This document shows, piece after piece, positions 1 through 6,892 of a stretch of 25,928 nucleotides of DNA. A program made the position numbers and the translations under genes. Position 1 is the stretch's first letter; each line of letters opens with the position of its first letter. The stretch covers positions 1-25,928 of the IMG/VR virus record IMGVR_UViG_3300005805_000427, one strand, 5' to 3'. The DNA comes from a virus (lineage: Duplodnaviria; Caudoviricetes). The notes under the pieces are model-generated. The model saw only the letters and a list, made by a program, of their open reading frames with translations, had not been told where the DNA came from and searched no databases.

Positions 1-106
1 GGGCAAGGAATCTTTTTACAATTGGGCGGCGGCGCGGGTTGCAAGACCTAGCGCAAAAAAACGGAGCTAGCCCAAAACCCATTCTTCCGACTTGAAAACC
101 GAAGTC

Positions 107-568
107 ATGACGCAGGAAGCGTTGGCGAAAGCGTTGCAAACAACGACGCGCACGCTGCGCGAATGGCAAAAGCGCGAGGACTGGCCGACCGGCGCGAGCG
201 TCGAAGAATTGCTGGCATGGCGCGACGCGGCGGGACTAGGTCGCGTCAAGGACGGCTCGATCGGCGGCTTGAAAGCCGAGCTAATGCGCCGCGACATTGC
301 TTTGCGCGACCTCAAACTCCAGCGCGAGCGCGCCGAGGTAGTCGAGCGCGAGACCGTCCGCGAAATGCTGCGCCTGCTCGGCACGAAGCTTGATCTTCTC
401 CTGCGCCTCAAGCTAGAGGTGGAGCTCGGTCCGCGGGTGGCCGGCAAGTCAGCCGCGGAGGCGAACGTTGAGGGCGCGATCATTCTCGACGAAATCCGCG
501 AAGTGGTGAACGCGAACCTGGCACGCTTCGAGGCGGATGCGATCAAGACGACGGTGGCCGAAGAATAG
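107..568 (+). CDS. terS: Terminase small subunit (Nu1-like, N-terminal winged HTH)
   Basis: MTQEALAKALQTTTRTLREWQKREDWP HTH followed by a coiled coil (LKAELMRRDIALRDLKLQRERAEVVE), as in lambda Nu1-type TerS; upstream of a gpA-type TerL. ATG 107 preferred over TTG 92. Confidence 0.8.
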   Translation: MTQEALAKALQTTTRTLREWQKREDWPTGASVEELLAWRDAAGLGRVKDGSIGGLKAELMRRDIALRDLKLQRERAEVVERETVREMLRLLGTKLDLLLRLKLEVELGPRVAGKSAAEANVEGAIILDEIREVVNANLARFEADAIKTTVAEE

Positions 569-767
569 GCGTGGAAACCTGGGCGCCCGCGCGTTTGCTC
601 TGGCGCTTAGTTGGGCGCCCCTTGAGCTTCGCAAGCACTAGCCTCTGGACCCACTCAGGCGGCAACCTATCGCCCATGATCCACGAATACGCGGTGCGCT
701 CGGGGCAGCCGATACGCCGGACAATCTCCCCAGCCCCCACCCGCTTGCACTCGCTTACAAAGTCCAT
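543..767 (-). CDS. Small HTH (Cro-like) DNA-binding protein in cassette A
   Basis: GAGEIVRRIGCPERTAYSWIMGDRLPPEWVQRLVL resembles a Cro/XRE HTH; divergent from 845..1072 across two palindromes; C-terminus runs through the attC half-site and overlaps the terS 3' end. Confidence 0.6.
   Translation of the reverse strand: MDFVSECKRVGAGEIVRRIGCPERTAYSWIMGDRLPPEWVQRLVLAKLKGRPTKRQSKRAGAQVSTPILRPPSS
593..616 (-). repeat. attC-like half-site (R''/L'' arm only), left end of array
   Basis: GTTTGCTCTGGC-GCTTA-GTTGGGC matches the arm GTTGGCTCTGGC-N5-GTTAG of the three full sites; no partner arm found upstream. Confidence 0.7.
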
Positions 768-787
768 GCCGCAATCCACGCGGAACA

Positions 788-835
788 TTGCACAATGTGC
801 AAGATTGTTCTTGCGCTGCGCTGCACACTGTGCAG
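788..835. promoter_or_regulatory. Two palindromic operator-like sites, TGCACAnTGTGCA, in a divergent intergenic region
   Basis: TTGCACA-A-TGTGCAA (788-802) and CTGCACA-C-TGTGCAG (821-835), both perfect inverted repeats, between the HTH gene (-) and 845..1072 (+). Confidence 0.7.
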
Positions 836-844
836 TCTGAGCGC

Positions 845-1072
845 ATGAAATACGCCGCCCGAATCGAAGCCGAAAAGAAACTCGCTATCGCCGCCGCTGC
901 CATGAAGCGCGCTGAAATGGGAACCGACGAATCCGCCTACCTCGCCGCAGCAGCGGCATGGAAAGCCAGCATCGCGGAACTAGTGTCAGCTGAGATAGCG
1001 CACCCGACCGCTCGCGAGAGCGCCCGCCGCGCAAACATCATCCGTCTGGAAAACCGAGGGCTCGCCGCATGA
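845..1072 (+). CDS. Hypothetical Ala-rich helical protein (cassette A)
   Basis: ATG at 845 just downstream of the palindromes (ORF track opens at 788); stop overlaps next start (ATGA at 1069-1072). Confidence 0.6.
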   Translation: MKYAARIEAEKKLAIAAAAMKRAEMGTDESAYLAAAAAWKASIAELVSAEIAHPTARESARRANIIRLENRGLAA

Positions 1073-1359
1073 GCCCAGCCGAAGCCGAAAACATGGCGAA
1101 AGCCACGCGGATGCGGAACGCCGAGCTGGCGTCCGCTCTGCGGACAATCGCGAGAATCCAAGATGATGACGCGCTGGCCAAGTGGGTGCTCGGCGTTGCG
1201 GCGGAACGCCTCGAAGCCAAGAAGCGTCCCGAGGAGTCTATGTCTTTCGCGGCATACATGGCCTACAATAAAAGAATTTCGACCCAAAACGCCACGCCTG
1301 CCCCGCGGGAACTAGGTCCGCTCGATTGCAAGCGACCGGACCAGCCGGGGCAGGCGTAA
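1069..1359 (+). CDS. Hypothetical protein (cassette A)
   Basis: 96-aa ORF coupled to the previous gene by an ATGA overlap; ends 8 bp before attC1. Confidence 0.55.
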   Translation: MSPAEAENMAKATRMRNAELASALRTIARIQDDDALAKWVLGVAAERLEAKKRPEESMSFAAYMAYNKRISTQNATPAPRELGPLDCKRPDQPGQA

Positions 1360-1367
1360 CTTTATTC

Positions 1368-1486
1368 GCCCAACAAATAAGATGAGCCACGAAGACAGCG
1401 CAAATTTCCAACTGGCATCCGATGCCGGCCCAGCTTCTGAGCAACCCCTGACCGCTGTCGCCGTTGGCTCTGGCGACTTGTTAGGG
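1368..1486 (-). repeat. attC-like site 1 (119 bp)
   Basis: + strand: GCCCAAC-N6-GATGAGCCAC...GACAGCG / CGCTGTC...GTTGGCTCTGGC-N5-GTTAGGG; imperfect hairpin with conserved AAC/GTT core. Confidence 0.85.
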
Positions 1487-1762
1487 CGTTTCTTGTCGCC
1501 CGAACTCCAGCGCCAATTTCCGAAACTAAGCCGGCCCCGAAAGCCAAGGCGCTGCCGGCTCTGCTACGGTAAAATCGAAATCGGGGAGCCGTGCTGCCGG
1601 TGGGAATACCTCGAACCGGGCGAAGGCTACGGCACGTCCTACGCACACCCCGAATGCTACCAAGTCACGATCGATAGCAAGTGGGACGAAGGAGACTGGG
1701 AGTGCTGTTCCCCTGGCGACGTCACTCGCCCTAACCGACAAGATGAGCCACGCCGCAGCTGA
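1382..1762 (+). CDS. Cys/His-rich hypothetical protein, putative zinc finger (cassette B)
   Basis: CRLC...HPEC motif; starts within attC1 (encodes AVGSGDLLG) and stops within attC2 (PNRQDEPRRS). Confidence 0.7.
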   Translation: MSHEDSANFQLASDAGPASEQPLTAVAVGSGDLLGRFLSPELQRQFPKLSRPRKPRRCRLCYGKIEIGEPCCRWEYLEPGEGYGTSYAHPECYQVTIDSKWDEGDWECCSPGDVTRPNRQDEPRRS

Positions 1763-1814
1763 GATGAGCACGCAAAACCCGGCGCCGGCCGTTGGCTCTG
1801 GCGCATTGTTAGGC
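1729..1814 (-). repeat. attC-like site 2 (86 bp)
   Basis: + strand: CCCTAAC-CGACAA-GATGAGCCACGCCG...CGGCCGTTGGCTCTGGC-GCATT-GTTAGGC. Confidence 0.85.
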
Positions 1815-2075
1815 GATTTTGCGGTGAGACGTGGCTGGCGCGCATTTAAGTGTGATGATTGTGGCCACGAATGGGAATGGCCATCGCGCGACCGACACAG
1901 TACAAGCGGCGAAGACTGCCCGAAGTGCAACGCTTGGATTTTCCCTCATTCCAACAGGCCGGATGCGATGCTTCCGTGCGATTCTATGGGCAATCTCCTC
2001 ATTCCGTGGAATGCTTCGCCTAACCGAAAAGATGAGCCACGGCCTGCGCAGCAATCGACAAAGGAAACACCATGA
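1764..2075 (+). CDS. Zinc-ribbon hypothetical protein (cassette C)
   Basis: FKCDDCGHEW...CPKC; ATG 1764 lies 1 nt after the upstream stop (alternative in-frame ATG 1743); begins AVGSGALLG, ends PNRKDEPR... in attC3. Confidence 0.7.
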   Translation: MSTQNPAPAVGSGALLGDFAVRRGWRAFKCDDCGHEWEWPSRDRHSTSGEDCPKCNAWIFPHSNRPDAMLPCDSMGNLLIPWNASPNRKDEPRPAQQSTKETP

Positions 2076-2128
2076 GCAATGAGAAAAACCAATCGGCGCA
2101 GGACGTTGGCTCTGGCGCATTGTTAGCG
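2018..2128 (-). repeat. attC-like site 3 (111 bp)
   Basis: + strand: GCCTAAC-CGAAAA-GATGAGCCAC..CCTGCGC / GCGCAGG..GTTGGCTCTGGC-GCATT-GTTAGCG; the loop contains AAGGAAACACC-ATG. Confidence 0.85.
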
Positions 2129-2473
2129 ATATGTGTTAATTGCAAATACTGGCGGCGCGGCGGGAGATTTGAGCATGTATGGTCTGCAAACGCGAAGCCA
2201 GGCGGCGAACGCTTCACGGTTGGACCCATCACGCGCGCTTTTGATGAGGTGGTCGATCTGCACACTGACCCAAACGAAAAATTCGGAATATGCTTACACC
2301 CGCTCATATCTTGCTGCGGTCGAAATGGGTGGCTTGGGTGGGAGAATAGCAACGACCCTAAGGCGCTAAAAGTGGAGGCATACGACGAGCGCGGCTTCAT
2401 CTCCACGGGCGAGGAATTCGGATGCCGCCATTTTTCCGCTAACTCGAATGATGAGCCACGCCGACCTCTCTGA
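2072..2473 (+). CDS. Cys-rich hypothetical protein (cassette D)
   Basis: CVNCKYW...GIC...FGCRHF; SD-like AAGGA at 2061; ATGA overlap with upstream stop; stop abuts the terL ATG at 2474. Confidence 0.75.
   Translation: MSNEKNQSAQDVGSGALLAICVNCKYWRRGGRFEHVWSANAKPGGERFTVGPITRAFDEVVDLHTDPNEKFGICLHPLISCCGRNGWLGWENSNDPKALKVEAYDERGFISTGEEFGCRHFSANSNDEPRRPL
2437..2460 (-). repeat. attC-like half-site (L'/R' arm only), right end of array
   Basis: CGCTAAC-TCGAAT-GATGAGCCACG matches the left arm of attC1-3; no intact GTTGGCTC...GTT arm downstream (terL begins at 2474). Confidence 0.75.
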
Positions 2474-4258
2474 ATGACCTGCGCTGACGACCTTCTTGCA
2501 AGCCTGCGCCTGCCTCGCCCGGACCGTGCCGCAATATACGACTGGGCGCGACGGCATGTGCAATTGCCGGAGAGCTACGCGACGCCGGGGCCGTTCAACG
2601 TGCGGCTCTCGCCTTGGCTCGTGCCGATCTTCGATGCGCTGCAAGACCCGCTGGTCCGGCGCGTGCATTTCCGCAAGGCGGTGCAGATTGGCGGCACGCT
2701 CGTGGCCGATGTCTGGTTGCCGTGGATTATCGCGAACGATCCGGGCCCGATCTCGTGGACGATGCAGACCGACGAGATGGTTGAGAAGCATGCGAAGACC
2801 CGCTTGTGGCCGTTGCTGGAGCGATGCCGTCCGGTAGCCGCGATGCTACCTAAGCCGGGACCGCACCGGACCACGACGGAGATTTTCTTCGGCGGATTCT
2901 TCCTGACGTTGAACGCGGCGAACCTTTCGACCCAGCAGAGCCAGTCGATCCGGTACAAAATTAACGACGAGCTTTGGCTCCCGCGCTGGCAGGAGATTTA
3001 CGGGCACGCCGTCGCGCGCGTGTCCAAGTTCGAGGAAGTCGGCCGGTCGAAGATATACAACGCGTCGCAAGCTCCGGTGATGGACGCTGAAACCGGCAAC
3101 GTCGAAGACACGAGCTTCCGCAGCGGCGACCAAGGCGAGTGGCACGCGGAGTGTCCGGCCTGCCGGAAGTTGCACCCAGTTGCCTTTGAGCAGATCACGC
3201 AAGACAATCGGCGGGCGGGCCTCGTTTGGGACCGCTCCGCGAAGCGTGATGATGACACTTGGGATGTTGCGCGCGTCGTCGAGACGGTGCGTTTCCGCTG
3301 CATGCATTGCGGGCATGAGTCGCCGGACAACGATGCGACCCGCGCCGGCTGGGCGAAGACTGGCCGCTTCGTGCCGCAAAACCCGAAGGCGTCACGCGAG
3401 GTGCGCTCATTCCGCATCGAGGCGATTGTAAGCAGGCCGATGCGCTTGCTCGCGGAGGAGTGGGCGCACGCCGAGAACACACTCGTGCGAACTGGCGACG
3501 AGTCCGCGAAGATCGAGTTTCGCACGAAGCGCGAGGCGCGACCTTGGGTTGTCGAGAAGAAGGTCGTCAACCTATTCGCGGCAAAGAGCGGCTATACCGT
3601 CGCAACTTATGCGGATGGATCGCCGATAGAAAACGAACGCTTGCGCGTGATGACAATCGACCGGCAGCTCGATCACTTTTGGGTCGAGGTCGGCGCGTTT
3701 CTCGACGGTCCAATATACCGGCAACTCTGGTTCGGTCGCGTTGAGACTCGCACCATGTTGCGCGAGATTCAGAGTCGCTATCGCGTGCCGTCATTCACCG
3801 TCGTGCAGGATCGCGGATATAAGCCTGCGGAAGTTGACCGCGACTGCGTCGAGTTTGGCTGGCGCGGAATGCGCGGCTATGCGCGGAAGTCGTGGACGAT
3901 GCGCGACGAGGCCAGCGGCACGCTGCTCAACTATCCGTTCTCCGAGCCGCAGATCAGCGACTACGCGGGCGGCGATGCGCATTTCTACAACTGGTCAGGT
4001 GACTATTTCAAAGACCTTCTCGCGCTCGCACTAGAGGGAAAAGGCGAGTTGAAGTGGCAGATGCCCGACGACGTGAATCCGTTGTATATTGAGCACCTAA
4101 AGGGTGAGGTGAAAACCGAGATTCGTTCCGGCGTCTGGGAGTGGCGCGAGGTTCGCAGCAACGCGCCGAATCACGGCCTCGACACGAGCGCCATGATGCT
4201 TTGCGTCGCGACCATTGCTGGCGTCCTACGATACGTGCCCAAAACGGACGCGATGTAA
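2474..4258 (+). CDS. terL: Terminase large subunit, lambda gpA family
   Basis: Walker A-like RKAVQIGGT, Walker B RYKINDE, SGDQGEWHAECPAC and CMHC zinc motifs, nuclease acidic motifs (MTIDRQ, VQDRGY, NHGLDT). Confidence 0.95.
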   Translation: MTCADDLLASLRLPRPDRAAIYDWARRHVQLPESYATPGPFNVRLSPWLVPIFDALQDPLVRRVHFRKAVQIGGTLVADVWLPWIIANDPGPISWTMQTDEMVEKHAKTRLWPLLERCRPVAAMLPKPGPHRTTTEIFFGGFFLTLNAANLSTQQSQSIRYKINDELWLPRWQEIYGHAVARVSKFEEVGRSKIYNASQAPVMDAETGNVEDTSFRSGDQGEWHAECPACRKLHPVAFEQITQDNRRAGLVWDRSAKRDDDTWDVARVVETVRFRCMHCGHESPDNDATRAGWAKTGRFVPQNPKASREVRSFRIEAIVSRPMRLLAEEWAHAENTLVRTGDESAKIEFRTKREARPWVVEKKVVNLFAAKSGYTVATYADGSPIENERLRVMTIDRQLDHFWVEVGAFLDGPIYRQLWFGRVETRTMLREIQSRYRVPSFTVVQDRGYKPAEVDRDCVEFGWRGMRGYARKSWTMRDEASGTLLNYPFSEPQISDYAGGDAHFYNWSGDYFKDLLALALEGKGELKWQMPDDVNPLYIEHLKGEVKTEIRSGVWEWREVRSNAPNHGLDTSAMMLCVATIAGVLRYVPKTDAM

Positions 4259-4282
4259 GATTTTTACGCCATGCGCTATGGC

Positions 4283-4522
4283 ATGGCGATGGATAATCCA
4301 TTTTTGGGCATCGACGCGGCTACGCTTTCGACGCTCAAGTCTGAGACGCTGGCGGCAATTCGCGCCTGCTTGCTGAACACGAGCTATAGTCTCAACGGCA
4401 AATCGGTGACTCGCGCCGATCTTGGCAGGCTGAATATAATGCTCGGCCAGATTCAGGCCGCGATTGACGACGCCAATGGAGTCACCGATACGGTGACTTT
4501 TGTCAGTTTCAACGGGAATTGA
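4283..4522 (+). CDS. Head completion / head-tail joining protein (gpW-like)
   Basis: SYSLNGKSVTRADL motif; position between terL and portal as in lambda. Alternative starts 4271 or 4289. Confidence 0.8.
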   Translation: MAMDNPFLGIDAATLSTLKSETLAAIRACLLNTSYSLNGKSVTRADLGRLNIMLGQIQAAIDDANGVTDTVTFVSFNGN

Positions 4523-4529
4523 TACCATC

Positions 4530-6890
4530 ATGGACGCTACGTCTTTCGACTTTCAAAAGGTCATCCAGAATCGTCCTTGGTTCGAGCGTGCAATCGAAAC
4601 CGTTGCGCCTGCCTATGCGCTGAAGCGTCTTGAAGCGCGCATCCAGCGCGAGATGTTTTCGTATAACGCGGCGATGACGGATCGTTTATACGCTCCACGC
4701 CAATACGGACAGCCGAGCGAATCGACGCAGACGGTGCGCGACCGCATCGTGATGATGTGGGAGGCGCGCGACCTCGTTGAGAATTTCCCGCAAGCGCGCG
4801 AGATCACGCGCAAATTTTCGCTCTATTGTACGCCGCAGGAGTTCTCGGCGATGACTGGTGACCGCGCGTACAATAACATCGTGAATGAATACTTTCACGA
4901 CTGGTGCAAGCGCGCCGACGTGACTGGGCGGCACTCGTTCCGCAAGCTCGTGCAGATTGGGTGCGAGGAGCGTCCGGTTGACGGCGACTTCGGATTTGTC
5001 CTTCGTCGTCTCGACAAGGAACTGAAGATCCAGATCGTTCCGGCGACTCGCATCGGCAATCCGAATGCGCTCACGGCGCAGCCTGCGAACTATTATCAAG
5101 GCGTGATCGTCGATGAGTTCGGTCGTCCGGTTGCGTATCAAATCTATCGGGTGACGCGGGATGGTGTATACTTCGATCCCGAGGAAATCCCGGCGGCGAA
5201 TTTCTGTCACTTCTTCGATCCGTTCCGCAGCGATCAATTCCGAGGCGTGTCCGATTTCCACGCCTGCGCGCGGTCGGCTCGGATGCTGTATGGCATTCTT
5301 GAGGCCGAGAAGACCGGCGTGCGCTTCGCTGCGCAGCAGGCGGCACTTGTATTCTCGGACAAGGCGGCGGCGAATCCGCGCAATCTGTTTACGCCGAATC
5401 CGTCGATCCAGTTGCCGAGCGGACAGGCGCAGAAAAACGAATTGTCAGAGATCGGAATGATTCGGTATTTCGGCACCGCTGATCGCATCGAGGTCATGCC
5501 CTCGCGTCCGTCGCAGGCGTTCGCCGGTTTCGTCCAGCACTTGATGCACGAGATCGCAATCGGCATCGGCATACCGCAAGGCGTTCTGTTCGGCACGCAG
5601 GACTTTAAAGGTCCGAGCGTGCGCGCCGAGTTCGCAGCGGCGGATCGCGTGTTCGTGCGGCATCAGGGCGTGCTCGTGGACAAGGTTCTCGATCCAATCA
5701 AAAATGCGGTCATCCTCGACGCCATCGCGCGCGAGGAAATTCCGCCGCCTCCGCTACAGACTGGCGAGACGATGGTGCAAGCTATCCGTCGTGCTACGCG
5801 CGGCGAATGGCGATTTCCGCCGAAGATCACAATCGACGTCGGCCGCGAGAGCGCGGCGAACATGAACGAGAACCGGCAAGGCGCGAAGTCATTGCAGGAG
5901 ATCGCCGCCGAGCAAGGCACCGACGCTTTCGGTCGTCTTGAGCAGATCGCGATGGAGGCGGCATACGTCAAGGAGCTGGCGCAAAAGTACGAGATTCCCG
6001 AAACAGCAATTCGGCTGGTGACCAATTCGCTTCCGAGCACTCCAGCCGCTGCCGCCGCTGCTGGCGACCAGGTCGCAACGTCTGCCGCGCAAGCGCAGCA
6101 AGCCGCATCTCCCGGTCAGTCTGCCTCCACCGAGAACATCGCCGAAGGCGCAACGCCCGACGCTCCGGTCGAACAGGTCAACGCCTCGGCCGATCTGATC
6201 ACGGTCAACTTCGCGGAGGATTCATACGTGCCGAATGATCGCATGGCCGCGAACGCTCGCCGCGCGCTTGAAGTTCGCGCCAGTAAACCGCCATCTCAGC
6301 GCGGCATGACTTCGGTCGGCCTGGCTCGCGCTCGTGATATTCAAAACAAGAAGCCGCTCTCAGCCGATACCGTTCGCCGGATGAAGGCATACTTCGACCG
6401 GCACGAGATCGATAAGCAAGGTTCGACGTGGGACGAGCAAGGCAAAGGATGGCAGGCATGGAACGGATGGGGCGGCGACGCCGGAAGAACGTGGGCGAAC
6501 GCAATCGTCGAGCGGCTCAACAAAGCCGAGCGCAAGGAAGCCGCGTCAACCGAGCAGCAGCGCAGACTTGAATCCGCCGACGTTGTTGCGATCACGCTCG
6601 AACAGCGGCCAGCCGATCCGCACGCATGGCTCAATGCCGTCGAGCAATACCGCAAGGAGCTTTCGGTCAAGGCAGCGACCGCGACCAATCCGATTCTCGA
6701 CAAGCCGCTCGTGCAATTCGCCGAGCCGAAGAAGTTTGATCTGCCGACGCCAGTCGCAGGCGAGACGCACGATGACTTCATGGCTCGCTGCATGGCCGAT
6801 CCAGTAGCAACCGCAGAGTTTCCAGACGCCGCGCAACGGAGCGCGGTCTGTATGAAACAGCACGAGGGAAAACTTCAGAAAAAGAACTGA
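4530..6890 (+). CDS. Portal protein, lambda family, with long C-terminal extension
   Basis: APAYALKRLEAR, ARDLVENFP, GVIVDEFGRPVAYQI, RSDQFRGVS motifs; core about 500 aa followed by an Ala-rich linker and extra domains. Confidence 0.92.
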   Translation: MDATSFDFQKVIQNRPWFERAIETVAPAYALKRLEARIQREMFSYNAAMTDRLYAPRQYGQPSESTQTVRDRIVMMWEARDLVENFPQAREITRKFSLYCTPQEFSAMTGDRAYNNIVNEYFHDWCKRADVTGRHSFRKLVQIGCEERPVDGDFGFVLRRLDKELKIQIVPATRIGNPNALTAQPANYYQGVIVDEFGRPVAYQIYRVTRDGVYFDPEEIPAANFCHFFDPFRSDQFRGVSDFHACARSARMLYGILEAEKTGVRFAAQQAALVFSDKAAANPRNLFTPNPSIQLPSGQAQKNELSEIGMIRYFGTADRIEVMPSRPSQAFAGFVQHLMHEIAIGIGIPQGVLFGTQDFKGPSVRAEFAAADRVFVRHQGVLVDKVLDPIKNAVILDAIAREEIPPPPLQTGETMVQAIRRATRGEWRFPPKITIDVGRESAANMNENRQGAKSLQEIAAEQGTDAFGRLEQIAMEAAYVKELAQKYEIPETAIRLVTNSLPSTPAAAAAAGDQVATSAAQAQQAASPGQSASTENIAEGATPDAPVEQVNASADLITVNFAEDSYVPNDRMAANARRALEVRASKPPSQRGMTSVGLARARDIQNKKPLSADTVRRMKAYFDRHEIDKQGSTWDEQGKGWQAWNGWGGDAGRTWANAIVERLNKAERKEAASTEQQRRLESADVVAITLEQRPADPHAWLNAVEQYRKELSVKAATATNPILDKPLVQFAEPKKFDLPTPVAGETHDDFMARCMADPVATAEFPDAAQRSAVCMKQHEGKLQKKN

Positions 6891-6892
6891 CG

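Larger units (their letters stand above)
593..2460 (-). mobile_element. Integrase-less attC cassette array (CALIN-like), 4 cassettes, between terS and terL
   Basis: Regularly spaced attC-like elements separated by small unrelated ORFs. Inferred cassettes: A (about 593-1373), B 1374-1734, C 1735-2023, D 2024-2442. No tyrosine recombinase ORF in the window. Confidence 0.8.

Noticed and set aside
500-592. Missing left arm of the first attC within the terS 3' end
   Set aside because: AAC triplets near 509-517 and 576 are not followed by N6-GATGAGC or a convincing complement of the right arm.
1362-2406. Minus-strand ORFs (1362-1646, 1526-1930, 1809-2120, 2020-2406) as canonical cassette genes
   Set aside because: They lack recognisable motifs and do not map one per cassette, whereas + strand ORFs have Cys motifs, an SD and tight coupling. 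Not formally excluded.
1368-2460. CRISPR array or simple direct repeats
   Set aside because: Repeats are bipartite inverted arms with variable middles, separated by about 200-300 bp coding inserts; no cas genes.
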